From the NCBI GenBank assembly GCA_047495785.1, contig JBLDXI010000007.1, forward strand, positions 4,092,001 to 4,156,000: 64,000 nucleotides of DNA, read 5' to 3'. Source of the DNA: Lepidodermella squamata. Its lineage: Eukaryota; Animalia; Gastrotricha. Positions within the stretch are counted from its first letter, which is position 1. Each line of letters starts with the position of its first letter. A program made the position numbers and the translations under genes. Below, piece by piece: positions 48,652-62,320 of the stretch. The notes under the pieces were generated by a model. It was not told the DNA's origin, did no database searches, and saw only the letters and a list, made by a program, of their open reading frames with translations.

Positions 48652-49703
48652 AGCTATATGAAACGGAAGCGATCAATCTCATGATTTCTATCAAAACCAG
48701 AAGCTGAATCTAGATGCTTCATTTGAATAGACAAAACATGGTCTAGTATTTAGTATTATGCTTTTGAAGAATTAGTTTATGAATTTGAAGATGATGTAGC
48801 TTTGACCTCGAATTCTCAAATAAACTGAAAAATAATTGAGTGATTTGCCATTCTCTTCTGTTCACCCGGGGGTGTTGAAGCATAATTTGGTCCCGATTGT
48901 TCCAGGCTCCAAGAATTTTAATAAAATAACCATACTTCTCAAATTTGAAATAGTTGTATCTTTAATTTTAAAGAAAAATGAGAATCGTTAGATTCTTTTC
49001 TCTTGTTGGCAATATTATAACCGTTTTGTTGAGGTAATTCCGTCTTTTCGAATCCCTGCCACTCCACTGTCAAATATATCTCCCATCGCTGCTGTAGCTG
49101 GGATGTGAGCTGCAGAATTTTAACGGGGAAAAAAGAGAAACCACGTGATACAACCAAAGACAGAGCGGTAATACACAAAAGTACGGCGTCTGTTTTCCCG
49201 TTGTCCCGTTTTCTGTTTACTCATGTTGTTTTTTCTCGCGTTCGATAAACAATAAAGACGTGATCAGGCCGACGGACATATTTTGCTCGAAATCAGCACT
49301 ATTTCTCACAAAACGAACTCTCCATAATGACGAGCAAGAAAGCGTAACGCCCCGCGCAAACACGACACCCTATTACGCCAGATATTTTTAAATTTAAATA
49401 CATTCGGCCAAAACTCGTGGCCAAGCTAAATCTCCAGCTTGATCTCGAGTTGACGCATTGTTCGCCCCGTTTTTTCTTGATTCAATCTCATAAGCCTTCG
49501 CCTAATCCTTTTTTCACGCCACAGATTAAGGTTATCAGCGCTTGAAATTCAAGCTGTAACGCAATAAATTAATTAAATTAATAAAAAAAAGTTCAACGGC
49601 CGCCGCCTACATAAAACACCCCCAACTGGCCACCGCCAGAAATGTCAGAGACTTCAACCAATTTGCATTTTGCTTCACTCACTTTTAAAAAATAACGCCA
49701 ACC

Positions 49704-50297
49704 ATGTCAAAATTGTTCCTAGTGTTATCTGTTGCGGCCGTCGGCCTCCTATTGATCGACCAGGCGTATGGTTAGATTTTAGCCTATAGCAATGATAACT
49801 GGTTTTAAGGAACTGATTTTACAGCTGTCAAGTGCATTTCCCACGATGCCTACACAGGAAACGTCGTTCCGGGTAACGCTACGTCATGCAACGGTGATTA
49901 CTGCTACAGGACCCTGGTTATGACCACAGACAACAAGAACGTCACGGGTCGAGGCTGCTCTTCCCAATGCGTTTGTAAGTCGCCTTTTTCAGTCGGGAGT
50001 CGTTCACCTTAGTGCGCTATCGAGCGAACAGGGCTAGGATTTCTAGCCTCTTTGATGGGAATTATATCACATCTTTCCATTTTGCAGCAGGAGGCGTGAA
50101 GACCGGTACCAACACTGGAATAATGCAGTATTGCTGCATGAGGTAACCTCTTCAAGTCGATTTAACTATGCATCGGTTTGAATGTGTATCATTTCCCCAG
50201 CGAAAACTGCAACTCTGCCCGTGGAACGTTTTCATACGCAACTGCCTTGCCAGTTATTGCCATCCTCGCAGCACTCGTGTCCGCTTCACGCGCTTAA
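49704..50297 (+). CDS. GPI-type Ly6/uPAR protein, paralogue 2
   Basis: Same four exons; VKC...GNATSCNGDYCY...RGCSSQC...YCC.SENCN...VIAILAALV. Confidence 0.8.
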
Positions 50298-51239
50298 ATC
50301 TGTTGTGAACAGAGAAAATGACAGTGGGAACACTGGGAACTCTGATGGTTCACTGCAAAACTGTACCTAACTTTATCCCCACTATCAGTGTTCCAAATGA
50401 CGTCCATCATAATAAAGATGTGGCAACGTGACGATTTGAGTCCTGAAGAGTGGAAGCTTTGATTGCGGATAGCGGTCTGGATCAAGGGAAAATCCCCAAA
50501 TAGTGACCCACCACATTTTGGTATATGTTTAACTTTGGAATTGTTGCCTTTCCACAGCAAAACTCTAATTTTCAGCTATTTGAAATGTTTTAATCGTTCG
50601 GCTTCGAGATTTCGAGATGCGAAAGCTTATCGAAACTCGGAAATAGCTTCAATTTCTCTGAGTTTTAGTGAGCCATTAACCACGGCTGATGAGTGGTCTG
50701 AAAACTACACAGCGTTCGAGATAAAATCAGTTTGAAAATTCAAGGGTTCCATATGACTGATTTTTTTCCTAGACCACAGTGCCTTCAACCGGATCCAGTT
50801 TACCTATGCGTCGCTTTCGCGTTAGAGAATAAGTAAAGTCTTGAATCTTGGCTAGGCCAACAATACATTCTACTCGAGAGTACCACCATTATTGCACCTC
50901 TATTGTCATCTGAAGGAAAAGATGTGGCGCTGATACCCCCGCACAAGCACGACATCGATATTTAAGATAGGTTTGAACTTCAATATACAAGAAAACCAAG
51001 TCACGATCATTTGTATAGCGTGATGTTGGCGCATTGTTCCATCAGTTGTCGTATCGTTTTTCTCAACTTCAAACTCATAAGTATTCGCATGATCCTTTTA
51101 CACGTTCAAGATTGAATTCATTCATAAAAAGTGTAACATTCAAAGCCCACTTGTGCCCACTGAGCCGACCTCTATAAAATGCTTGAAACTCCTGACAATC
51201 GGTCATTTGCTTCATCGACATCTGAAAATAAAGCAACTC

Positions 51240-51820
51240 ATGTTACAGTTTATTTTGGTTCTATTCTTTGGTGCCACGGCGCTGATCGACCAGGTTTCAG
51301 GTTAAATTCGAAGTCACAATAACGATAGCTTTCTCAACACCCTTCGATAACTTTCAGCTGTGAAATGCATAGCACATAATGAATACGTAGGAAACGACGT
51401 TCCTGGTAATGCTACGTCATGCGATGGCGATCACTGCTACAGAACGCTGGTAATGACTGCCGACAACAAAAACATTACGGGTCGAGGTTGTGCATCCATG
51501 TGCAAGTGTAAGTTGTAGGAAAGTTTCACAAAAGCCTTACTTCTTTTCCTGTGTCGAGAGCTGAAAATGTTCCCTCTTTCGGAATAGAGTTCTTTTGAAA
51601 TTTGCTTTCATTTTGCAGCTGGGGGCGTGCGGACCGGATCCAATACTGGAATGCTGCAATACTGCTGCACAAAGTAACCCCAAAAGGTCAAATATTCATT
51701 TACTGAATTTCCAATTGCCGCAGGGAGAATTGCAACTCAGCCCGTGGAACGTTTACCTACGCTGTTGCCCTGCCAATTATTGTCATCTTCGCGGCGCTCA
51801 TCTCCGCCTCGCGCCTGTGA
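51240..51820 (+). CDS. GPI-type Ly6/uPAR protein, paralogue 3
   Basis: Same four exons; VKC...GNATSCDGDHCY...RGCASMC...YCC..ENCN; TATAAAA at ~51173. Confidence 0.8.
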
Positions 51821-52102
51821 AACTGTTCCTAGATAGCGTAAAACCTACTGGATAGGTTCATTGTGAAATTGCTTAGTTTAGAATCAACAAAAATTAGTGA
51901 TCTATTATGATATTCAAAGTTTGATCCGACTGTCTCAAACTTGCATACCGTCATTCCTTATATTGAAAGCCAACGCTTTCTCTTTAGTTTGGCTGAGCTT
52001 TCTCTATTAAATTTACACGCCGGACCGAATTTTGAATTGTGAATTTTATTGCTATAAATTACATATTTTCACCGGTGGCAACTATTTTTCGCTTGAATTT
52101 CA

Positions 52103-53217
52103 TCAACTCCTCATCTCTTCCAGGCTGGGCACGTGATCTGGGAACGTGCAACCAGGCCGTTGTATGACAAGGCTAGACAGTCTCAAGCCACTTTGAACAG
52201 CCTGTTCTATAGACGCTCCAGCAGCCAGCTGAGCTAAGAAACCGCCAACAAACGAATCACCAGCTCCATTTGTGTCTATGATGCGCTCGTGTTCCACCGA
52301 GATTACAGGCGCTGCATGAACTATTTGCTTACTGTCCGCTACAATAACAGGGTGACAGCCGTTTGTTACGATTACGTGACGCCTAACCGACGGCCGTTTC
52401 TTATCCATGCCAGCGATTGCGATAGCTGCTTGGTGCGCATCATTTCCAAAGCCCATTCCTTTCGCAAAAGTAACTATAGATGGGTAAAGGAAAATATCAT
52501 TGGAAAATCGATAGAAGCTTTCTGAAGTTCAGTATACTTACGTGTTTCATGGTCGTTGCCGAACAAATAATCGACATAAGGCATCAGCTCAGCCAGTTCA
52601 TTTATGCTCTCCGTCGCCACAAATTCAGCAGATAAATTGAGTACAAACGTTTTATCACATTCAGCCGCGTGTTTTGCCAGCATTAAACACGCCTCGTAAC
52701 AGTTTGCCAGGAAAAATCCTTCAATGTAGATAATTCTTGCCTTTTCAACGTAGTTCCAATTCGATTTCAGATGATCGGCATTAAATGTTTGCGACGCCCC
52801 GAGATAAGCTGCCAGAGATCTGTCCTTTCCCGTTATAAAGACCATGGTACTCCCAGTCGGGGTTGTTTCATGCCGCTGGAAAATTGGATTTGTTTTTGCT
52901 TCAAGGCATTTTTGTAGCATAAGATCGCCCGTGTGATCAGTGCCTATCGCTCCGAAAAATGTGACAGCTTTCGGTTGACCAGATAGTAGAAATTGAGCTG
53001 CCCTCGCTGCATTGAGGGATGAACCGCCTGGTAGCAGACTGACGGCCTTGAAGTGGTGTTTCGAATCATTGAGTAAGGTATGATACGTGTTCTCGTCGAT
53101 AACTTTGGCTCCGTTTGGCTGTAAGTGATGCTTTCGGAGAAAATCCAAGGTCCCATTGACAGTTACGTCGAGTAACGGATTTCCCAGACACAGAATGGAA
53201 CCCTCTGCGACAGGCAT
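52103..53217 (-). CDS. ADK: Adenosine kinase (PfkB/ribokinase family); intron 52474-52541
   Basis: LGNPLLD, PGGSSLN, RSLAAYLGA, YIEGFF, LNLSA, YLFGN and DTNGAGDSFVGGFL signatures. Confidence 0.88.
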
Positions 53218-55461
53218 CAATGATTTGAGTTACTATATCTATAGAAATGAAAAATTTTAGTTGCTTTCACAGAGGTGACAGCATGTTTAAAGGCCTCTTT
53301 CAAAATTCAAATTGAAAGCCATGAAAGCGCTACGAAGAGAGCATAATTTGTATTTTCGCCCCTCAAAGAATACTATTATTAGCCCCTCCATTCAGGCCTC
53401 CATTCTTCGGCCGCAGTGAAAAACAAGGGAAACTAGCTATCAGCAAGTTTTCTGTTTTTGGAAGCCTGTGCTTTTCGCATTTTCGAATAATCCGTTAGTA
53501 TATTAATTTTACGTGATAAAGACTTGCTGGGGTTTCGTGGTAGGATGAAAACATCTATGAGTGCATGGTATTAACTTTGGGAATATGCGTGATTACTTCA
53601 GGGATTATGTTGTGGTTTCTTAGTTGAGAATAGTTTGTCTCTAAATCTGTCAAAAAATACGGCCAATGATCTTTTCCATCAAATGAAAAAAGTATTCAAA
53701 ATTGCGCTCAACATTTTCTTAAAATTTTCCTAAAAAAGTTTTACAAATCTGAGTGTGGAACAGTCATAAGTCCTCACTGCCTGAAAAAGTCATCTCACGA
53801 CTATTTTTCAGAAGGTGCTCAAAATTCGTTCTCATGCAATATAATGATAAAATATGCCCTATAGGTTGCATGTCTGATGGTATACATAATTGAGTTTACG
53901 GCCGATAAGAATGGAGATTTTAGAGATACATAGCATTAGACTGAAGTAGGCCAGGTCAATTATAATCGATGAAAGCTATGACGTGGGGAGGCGAGAAAAA
54001 ACAGGATATATTTCCGCCGAGCGAAAAGCTTCGGATTTTTCTCTAAATAATGTGTGTGGCCAAGTCTTGGACCATCCGGCCAGTACCAGCAGCTGCTACG
54101 GCAACTCGCACGTAGCTGGGTATTACGTTCCATATAACTGTGTGCCAGCACTGAGCGCCGTTTTTTTCAAGCACTGGCTTATAGCGAAGTATAAAAAAAA
54201 GTCCATATATATAAATGTGCGAATCTCGAGTTTAGCTGAATATATTGGATGCATAGCAAGGCTCACACATGCATATGTATATTGCTTAATGCCGTTCTGC
54301 TATTACAAACACACTCTCACATAGAGCGTAATGAAATGAAGCAAGCTTGCCTTGCATTAGTTGCGTTGTGTTTCCTGAAATTGCGCTCTTATTATATATA
54401 ATTCATCGACCAATAACCTCTATCATTTAATTGTGAGAAAATAATCTAATTTTTCCAGAACGAACAATGCAAAATTATGCCAATTTATTGAAATAACTTG
54501 GCTTTACGGTTTTGCAAAAAACAACTGTTTAAAATCAAATTGTTCGCATTGAAAACGAGGTTCGTTGCCAAAAAAGTTGTGTTACATCGATTTGAACAAA
54601 TTCTTCTTTCATCAGTTCATACATAAGTTAAGCGGCTGAGTTTTGCGAAATCAATAGTTTTTATGCCATTGAGCTATTAATCATTGATAAGAATAAGGTA
54701 ATGCGAAGTACTGACTAGTGCTGCTGGCAACCTAATCTCGTGTTACTGGAGAACATCTTAGGATTAAGGAGTCAGGATCGATGGATTATCAGCGAAAGAG
54801 CACATCACGTGCGTAATTTGAGCTCACGCTGCGGATCAAAGAAGAGAGAAGACGCGATACTTTGTCAATGGCCTTTCTTCCTCAGCTGGGTACACTATCG
54901 GTGGGATGCCGCGTGCATTTTGGAGTATGAAAATATATTTAGAAAGTTCTTTATGATCAGAGTTGCTCCTATAGATGTGCAGGTTCTTAGTTTTGCACGA
55001 GTAAGACAGTTTGGTCTGGCATCGTCTGTGTCGTAGAATACGTCGCGGATTGTTTGCATGTCTTCATCCAATAGTTTTCACATGGATGAAAAGGTGTCAA
55101 ATAAAACCCCTATTTTTCACGTGAAAACATGTAGGATTTTACGCGTCATCAAATCTCAAGATATCATCAAAAAATATTAGTTATGTTTTTCATTTCGTTT
55201 CTTCGACGCTGGAATTGAAATAATTGAAATAATCAATGGCATGCATTTTTTCTGCTATATTTCAAGTTCCATTCATAAGACAGGCAGGTTGAAAAACTGT
55301 ATCCAGGCATGACGCTGTTAAGCGCCCAAATGCTTTATCTCCGATGTTATCGCTGTAAGCTGTAATGATAAGACAGAAAATATATAATACAAGCATGTTC
55401 CGGTGTGTCAATACACTTTCTGAACTAAGTTTCTTCATTCAAAAACTACTTGACGAGGAGA

Positions 55462-56261
55462 ATGGCAGAGAAATACAAGCTCATTTATTTGAACATCCGG
55501 GGCCGCGCGGAAGTTGCTCGAATCATGTTCCACCAAGCTGGGGTTGAATTCGAAGATAAACGCTACGACCGCGAGACTGAATGGCCGGCTGTTAAAGATT
55601 GTTAGTTGCGCCAACTCTAGAGTTACGAAATCATCATTTTTCGAGTTTTAAGCTTTCGAAACCAAACGAGTTCCGGTTCTTGAAGTAACAAAGGCTGATG
55701 GAACAACTTTTAGGCTAACTCAAAGCAGCACCATTGGGCGTTTTTTGGCTCGCAAATTCAGTAGGCATCAATTTTCATTTTGACGCCAGCTTCGATCAAT
55801 TTATTTCAGATTTTGTTGGAACCAATGAATGGGAAGCTGCGCAATGCGATGAAGTCGTCGATTGCCTTCTTGATATTGGAGAGGCGTCAGCTCAAGCTTT
55901 CCACGAGCAAGACCCGGCTAAGAAAGCTCAGAAACTTGAGAAGATCAAGACTGATTTGATTCCGAACAAACTGGGCTACCTTGAGGTGCTTGTCATGTCA
56001 AACGGGGGAAAACATGTTGTTGGAAACCAGGTATGGAAAGTTTATTAAGTACCCAGGGAAATTTTCTAATTTAATTGTTGCTAGTACACGTGGGCCGATT
56101 TTGCCATTGCCCATGGTCTGCAGGCTTTTGAAGACCACGCAGGACCAGCAGCTGCTGCATTGTCGACTGCTTTTCCTCATTTGGCCGCTCTTCGAAAAGA
56201 TGTTGAAGCCCTGCCGAGAATTGCAGCCTACATTGCTGCTAGGCCAAAAACCGTGAGATAA
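55462..56261 (+). CDS. Glutathione S-transferase, sigma-like class, 4 exons
   Basis: MAEKYKLIYLNIRGRAEVARIMF...FEDKR, VPVLE, LTQS..IGRFLARKF, TWADF, IAAYIAARP. Confidence 0.88.
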
Positions 56262-57046
56262 GGTGTGGCTCAGTCGCTCGCTGAATCGTTGACTCCATAA
56301 AGCTTCGTTGATTTTAAATTCAATTTTCGCAGCAAAGATGGTGATATATACTAGATATTATCAATCAATAGAAAAATAGAAGAAAAAATAAAATAGAAAG
56401 GATAGGGAGCTAGGTTCCCTCCCAGGTCGAGATAACGCAGTTGAAATTCAAAACGGAAAGAGCTGATAATGTACACCCTATCAACTTTGAGCAGTAATAG
56501 TTCGGCAACGACAAGAAATGAGCGCATTCGATTTTTCGATCCCACACGCAACCGGATCAGCCGATGGGCAAGTATGCAGAAACATTTTGACTTCTCTGAT
56601 AAAAAGCCACAAAAAGACGCTAACCATTTAAGGACCGCACGGGCCGATTTGCAATCGGTCATAGGGGCCTTTGTTCACTTTGAGGCGTCGTGATCAGGCG
56701 ATGAACTTTGAGCTTATCTAACTCATTAACCCAGCGATTAACCCAGGTGACCCTATATGATTAGAGACTGGCAATTATTTGAAGAATTCCATAACATTGA
56801 GCAATTATGCCCACTCTTTCATTTAATGATGATTTAAGACCTAAATGCGAATAAGCCGAGGTGAACATTGAAGTCCAGAGAAGACTTTAGTTAAAAAGTA
56901 TCGAATTCCTTTATACATTACAAGCCCGTTCTGCAAAGCTTTGAGAGTTTCCTTATACACCCACGCTTCCCTTGAATCATGAAAGAGCTCATTTCTTATG
57001 TCTACGTTTCTTCTTATCACACTTTGATTCAGCAAAAGACTGACGC

Positions 57047-57126
57047 AGTTGTACGTTGCCGTATGCAAACTAGGTACTCGTTATGGGATGATTAATACAC
57101 GGGCCTTATCTCAGCCATATAAAAGG
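57047..57126 (+). promoter_or_regulatory. Conserved core promoter (ATGCAAA, CTTATC GATA site, TATAAAA); copies at 58547-58626 and 62881-62954
   Basis: The same ordered motif block precedes three paralogous genes. Confidence 0.65.
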
Positions 57127-57224
57127 CCACATATCAGCTGCACTATGAAAAGCATCGCTCACACCACCATATATCTCCCTGAATTAACTGCCTGGAGCAA
57201 CTCCACTAAAAGGTTAACTCAACA

Positions 57225-57572
57225 ATGCAAAGCACCGCGCCACCGATGGACAGCGTGAAGTACCAACAAGCGACCTATCTCGCCATGCCAGACTTGCAAC
57301 CGAATGCTCCCCCGCCTCCAGCGTATCAATACACAGCTAGCCCAGGTGCTGGCTCAATCGTTGCCTATTCAAATGGCCAGGCCATTGTCGGTTCTTCGAG
57401 TGGATTTGTCGCGCAACCGCCGATGACTGTTCAAGCAGGAACGCCCGTTTACTACGCCGCTCAGCCACCGAAAAACGTCTGCTCGAGAGTAATAATTATG
57501 GGATTAACGATTCTTATCTTTTTATTGATGATTGCTGGGATTATAACTATCGTTCTTGTAAATGTTATATGA
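57225..57572 (+). CDS. Small Pro-rich PPxY protein with C-terminal TM, copy 1
   Basis: YLAMPDLQPNAPPPPAY...GSIVAYSNG; intronless; one TM at the C-terminus. Confidence 0.75.
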   Translation: MQSTAPPMDSVKYQQATYLAMPDLQPNAPPPPAYQYTASPGAGSIVAYSNGQAIVGSSSGFVAQPPMTVQAGTPVYYAAQPPKNVCSRVIIMGLTILIFLLMIAGIITIVLVNVI

Positions 57573-58052
57573 TGTTTATATTGATAATATTGTCTTTTAT
57601 GTGCAAAATCATGAATATTATTGGATTTTTCTGCAAGCAACAAATAAATTAAATTAAATTAAATGTGATCATAAACAATCGACGTTTTCAAAAGAGTTCA
57701 AACCTCCTCGTCATTAGTTACATTTTGCACATTTAAGGCTGTTATGGTGTGCGATTTCTGAGGAAGTATCTGGGGCTTTTAAAACCGAAGCTAAGCATAG
57801 CCTTTCGAGAAAATTTGAGCTTTGACTTATTCGGCAAAAGCTTCCCCAAATCCCACAAAGCTGCAACTTCCAAGTTCAACAGAACATTCACTTTAATGTT
57901 TACACTAAATCTGACCATCAGCGGATTATAATTTGACAGAAGCGCGGCCCGATATAAATGTTTTTCCAATTTCGTTCAAATGAGGCATGAGCTAGAAAAT
58001 AGTGGTGGCTTCGTCGTTCGTAGGATGCAGCTCTAGGCTCTAGATAATAGGA

Positions 58053-58140
58053 AGCGTCGTGGCTCAGTCGGCTCGTTGAATTACTGTGCATCTGAGGAGA
58101 TATCGTTCGAGACTGGGATCCAGTCCCAGTGACGGAACCA
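58053..58140 (+). mobile_element. Possible tRNA-derived SINE head
   Basis: A-box-like TGGCTCAGTCGG and B-box-like GGGATCCAGTCCC; similar ~25-mer at 56263. No convincing cloverleaf. Confidence 0.35.
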
Positions 58141-58711
58141 GGATCGAGTGCCCCAAGGCCCTCGATGGTTTTAGCTTTACAAATCTGACACGTTACAACG
58201 TAGAACTTGCGAAGCTGGGAGTGTCAGCTTGACTGCAATCGTCGAATCGTGTTATACGGTAACGTCCACCTCATTCACCTAGGATAAGACATACGGAACC
58301 GTATGCGGCTTGTCCTTTGAGCTCTCAAACTTCACCTTGTTAAAGAAATCATCATTTTTCTATTATTATGGATAGCGGCAAATGCTGAATACAAAGATCA
58401 CTTGAATCCACATCTCTGGGGCGAATTTTCAAATAGTTTCAAAGGCATAATACATAATACAACAGACGTGGGCTCGCAGACTGAATCGACGTTTTTCTTA
58501 TCGCCAATACTATCACACTCACACTGACTCAGTAAGAGATATACCGAGTTTTACGTAGTCGTATGCAAACTAGGTACTTGTAATATCATGATTAATGCTT
58601 GGGTCTTATCTCAGCAGTATAAAAGGAGTTGACTACATACGGCAAAAAGCATAAATCCGAACAATCTTCCTATTACCTGCCTGGACTAAATTCACCTAAT
58701 TCAACCCAATA

Positions 58712-59089
58712 ATGGAAGACAGCCCGCCCTATTTGGAAAATGGAAAGAACCCACAGGCGACTTACCTTAACATGCCAGACTTGCAACCAAATGCTCCTCC
58801 GCCTCCATCGTATGAATACATAGCTAACCCAGCTGCCGGATCTATCGTGACTTACTCGAATGGCCAGGCAATCATTGGCTCTTCGAGTGGATTTGTCGCG
58901 CAACCGCCGATGACTGCTGAACAAGCAGGAACGCCCATTTACTACGCCGCTGAGCAATCGAAAAATCAATGCAAGAAAGTCGTAACTGTGATAACATCGA
59001 TCATAATCCTCTTAGCAGCAATTGCTGGCATTGTATTGCTTGTTCTTTGTGAAGATGATTGTGATTTTGATTACGATTACTTTCCTTAA
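58712..59089 (+). CDS. PPxY/TM family, copy 2 (acidic Cys-containing tail)
   Basis: YLNMPDLQPNAPPPPSY; TM; ends CEDDCDFDYDYFP. Confidence 0.75.
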   Translation: MEDSPPYLENGKNPQATYLNMPDLQPNAPPPPSYEYIANPAAGSIVTYSNGQAIIGSSSGFVAQPPMTAEQAGTPIYYAAEQSKNQCKKVVTVITSIIILLAAIAGIVLLVLCEDDCDFDYDYFP

Positions 59090-59508
59090 GCTTGATTCAT
59101 GTAACAAATTGTCAGGGTACTGGACGAGGCCAACTGTTTTTTTTGCGATTAATGAATGCAATAGTCAAAACAATACTGAGTCATTTATGTTAACAATTGA
59201 AAACGTTTTCGCGTTCCGATTGTCTTTCTTGATTTCTTTCATACACCACCTTCATTTCGTAGAAACGAAAATTTCTCATAAAATTCTGCGGATCGATGCA
59301 TTGGATAAGATAGGTTAAACTGGAACGAAAGCTACTACTATGTACTATGTACATACTACAATGTACACATTCACTTTTTAGCGTATTTATGTGGTTTTTT
59401 GGGTTTTCCTTTTCCTTATCACAAGTAAAATGAAAAAGTGGCTTATCAGTTTATTCACGCGAGTCTAGACAAAATTATCGCTTTTTCCTATTTAGAGATC
59501 TTAACATT

Positions 59509-59853
59509 ATGAATTCTGGTGAAAAGCAGGCCCATCCCGGTATGGACCAGGATTTAGCGGATGCCAGCGCCTCGATCGAACTAGGCACCATCGAGCTCAA
59601 CTACCAGTACACGTCAAGCCCCGGCCCGCAATCAGTTGTTGCATTTTCAGGCGGTCGAGCTGTGATAGCGCCATCTCAGAATATCTCTCCGCTGACTGTT
59701 GCAGTTCCACAAACCACTATCCAAGATGCTGGTCAGAATTCAAAGAAATACACATGGAAAGTACTCGACATTGTACTGACGATTCTTGTAATATTGATAT
59801 TTGGCGGAGCAATAGTTGCAGTTATCATCGGGGCCGTTTTACAATGGTTCTGA
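59509..59853 (+). CDS. Divergent member of the same family, lacking PPxY
   Basis: YQYTSSPGPQSVVAFSGGRAVI aligns with YQYTASPGAGSIVAYSNGQAIV; C-terminal TM. Confidence 0.65.
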   Translation: MNSGEKQAHPGMDQDLADASASIELGTIELNYQYTSSPGPQSVVAFSGGRAVIAPSQNISPLTVAVPQTTIQDAGQNSKKYTWKVLDIVLTILVILIFGGAIVAVIIGAVLQWF

Positions 59854-61984
59854 GGTTTACGTCTATAAAGACGTTTATAAAGATGTTCGTCATTTCATTA
59901 AAAGTACTATAGAATTACGTAAATTAGTGTTTTTACTCTATTTTCACATATCCATAGTACAATTTTGCTATGGAGAAGCAAGCAATCTCGGATCTTGGAT
60001 CGCACAGAATACAGAAACACTTCTCCTTCACGATTGACCTGAAATGCTGCGTAAAGAATTATTAAAAAGTAACTTGAAAGTAGGATATTAGCTTCACATT
60101 TTCACCCTTGCGTATCTCTCAGCTGGAAATCCTCGAGTGATTCGAGGCCAGGCTGCATCCCGACTTCTTCATTTGGCTCATGCGCGTTTTAAATTTTAAA
60201 TCATCCACCGTAAAAAGTGGTTTGAGTTTCACGCAATTGAGTTCAATTTTGATTTTGTCAGAAGGTTTCGAATAGTTAATGGGAATCCATGCTAGATTGC
60301 GTGGCCGGTTAGCTTTCTTAACTAAGGTCTCTTGGATGAGTCTCTTGGCCGAGACGAAACGTTTACGTCAGACTAGCCATAAAGATTTAGTTTCAAAAGT
60401 GAAATGAGAAAAGTTGCAAAGCTTTTGGTTGGGAAAATGTATGTACAGTAATGTATCTACCCTGAGCGACAATTTCGGGCCTTTTAACTGCCTAAATCAA
60501 AAAAACTAAATATGCAAATTAGCGAGAGTTTTTCTGTTGGCAGTATTCTGTCAAAAGTCTAGTTTTTTGCCGAGCTGGACAGTTTTCTGGGTGGTTTTCT
60601 GCGGTGAGAGTTTTTGTGGTGAGAGATGGTTTCTACTGCGCAGTCACTTGCTCGTTGCTAATTTCACTAGAACTTTCACTCAGGGCCATTTGTACTTCGC
60701 ATTCACTATTAAAAATGCGGCTTTCACTCTGTTTCAAAAAAGACTTCACGCAAATCCGTCGATGCAAGTATCATTTTATTCATCAAAACTGATCAAAAAA
60801 AAATGAAAAATTGTCAAGTTAATAGTAGATGCTGTTTCACGAGCCGCCATCCTCGAACAACGGCTGTGATCGATTCAGAAATCCGCCACTGGAGCAGGCC
60901 CGATAACCTGTAGAAATTAATTGAAATTAATAATTGAAATTAATTGAACACTAAAATACCTTAATTATTCATCGATACCGTTACGAATCGCTGACCGGCC
61001 CGTTAAGACTGGTTCGACTGCAAAATCGATTCGCAGGACAAACCTTCAAAAGTTGCGGGTAAATTAAAGAAAACGGAATTAATTTCAAAATGACCTTGAA
61101 AATTCGATAAATATCTGACTTGTCCAAATTGCATGGTCGACACACCTGGTAGCAAGGCAAGGATGAAGCTCAGAATGCGAAATTGAGGCCGGACGAAAAA
61201 TTCTTACTAAATAGGACACAGGGATGGATGTTTTGGAATTGAAAACAAAAATATGATGATTTGAAGCCACATTTTTGAAGCATGGCGTGATTACGCAACA
61301 CCCCGAGGCCTGTGTGCACAACAATCGAGCGCCCCAATAACAATGATTTTGCCCTATTTCAGCTTTTATTTAGAGCGACAATTTTCAGTCATTAAAAATT
61401 TGGCTTTTAAGAAAAATCCAAATTATCGAATTTTGCTGTCATTCTTATATTTTAAATGGTTCAGGCTGAAAACGATAAAAATTCGGTAATTTTTAGGATC
61501 CAGGTAAATAATTAGGAAAAATTAAGAAAAATCGAGAAAAACGAGAAAATTCATGATAAATAAAAACAGATTGATAGAAGGCAGTTTTCGAGCCAGGGAA
61601 TGTTCGGCAAAAAACTAGAGGTCGAGGCATCGAATTTCGCTCACTTTCGTTCACTACTTCTCATTTCGCAGTGAAAATATAGAAAAATCGAAAGTTTGTT
61701 TAACGGCGACGAAGAAATATTTCACCTGGCAGTTAACTTCGGGTCTCGAGTCGGAAAATGCCGAATTTCCCAAGTTTCATGAAAAACTGTCAACTTCGCG
61801 AAGTTATTGCGGTTTCCAGCTTTTAACTTCCAGTTTTTTCCAAAAACTGCAGTAAGTTTTTAAAAAAGATGAAAAATGGCAGTAAACGGCGTTTTCAGGC
61901 AGTTTCTTGCAATTCCCACTGGAACTTGGCAGTATTTCGCAAAAAACGTGCACTTGCTGCTCAGGGTATTCCTATTAGCGTAAA

Positions 61985-62320
61985 AATGAGGTACGGACGA
62001 AGACTGGACGAAGACCAGCGAGGACGAACGGCGGTTATGAACAACGGCAACTTCAGATGCGGAACCTGTGCAGCATTTCGTTCAACTCCGCGAGACGTGA
62101 ACAATTTGGGGTGCCACTTTGGGGGTCAGAGTAAAAAAATTTAATATTAGGAGAAAATGAGAATATATGGAAAAATGTGAAACCGGAACGGCCTAGAGGC
62201 AGGCCTAAACTAAGGAGGCTCGACTGTGTTAAGAAAAAAATTGGGACGCGTGGCAATAAAAAATGTTGACAGATGATTTAGCGCAGCGAAACGTCAAGCC
62301 CAACGAGAGAGTCTAGAGAA
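61985..62320 (+). mobile_element. Degraded 3' fragment of an RTE-type LINE
   Basis: Remnants EDWT..SEDERRL and RPRGRPKLRRLDCVKK. Confidence 0.5.

Noticed and set aside
58053-58140. Functional tRNA gene
   Set aside because: A/B-box-like motifs, but no consistent cloverleaf could be built; kept only as a possible SINE.
60450-61960. Possible non-autonomous DNA element (AT-rich, recurring GGCAGT motifs)
   Set aside because: No matching TIRs or TSD found.
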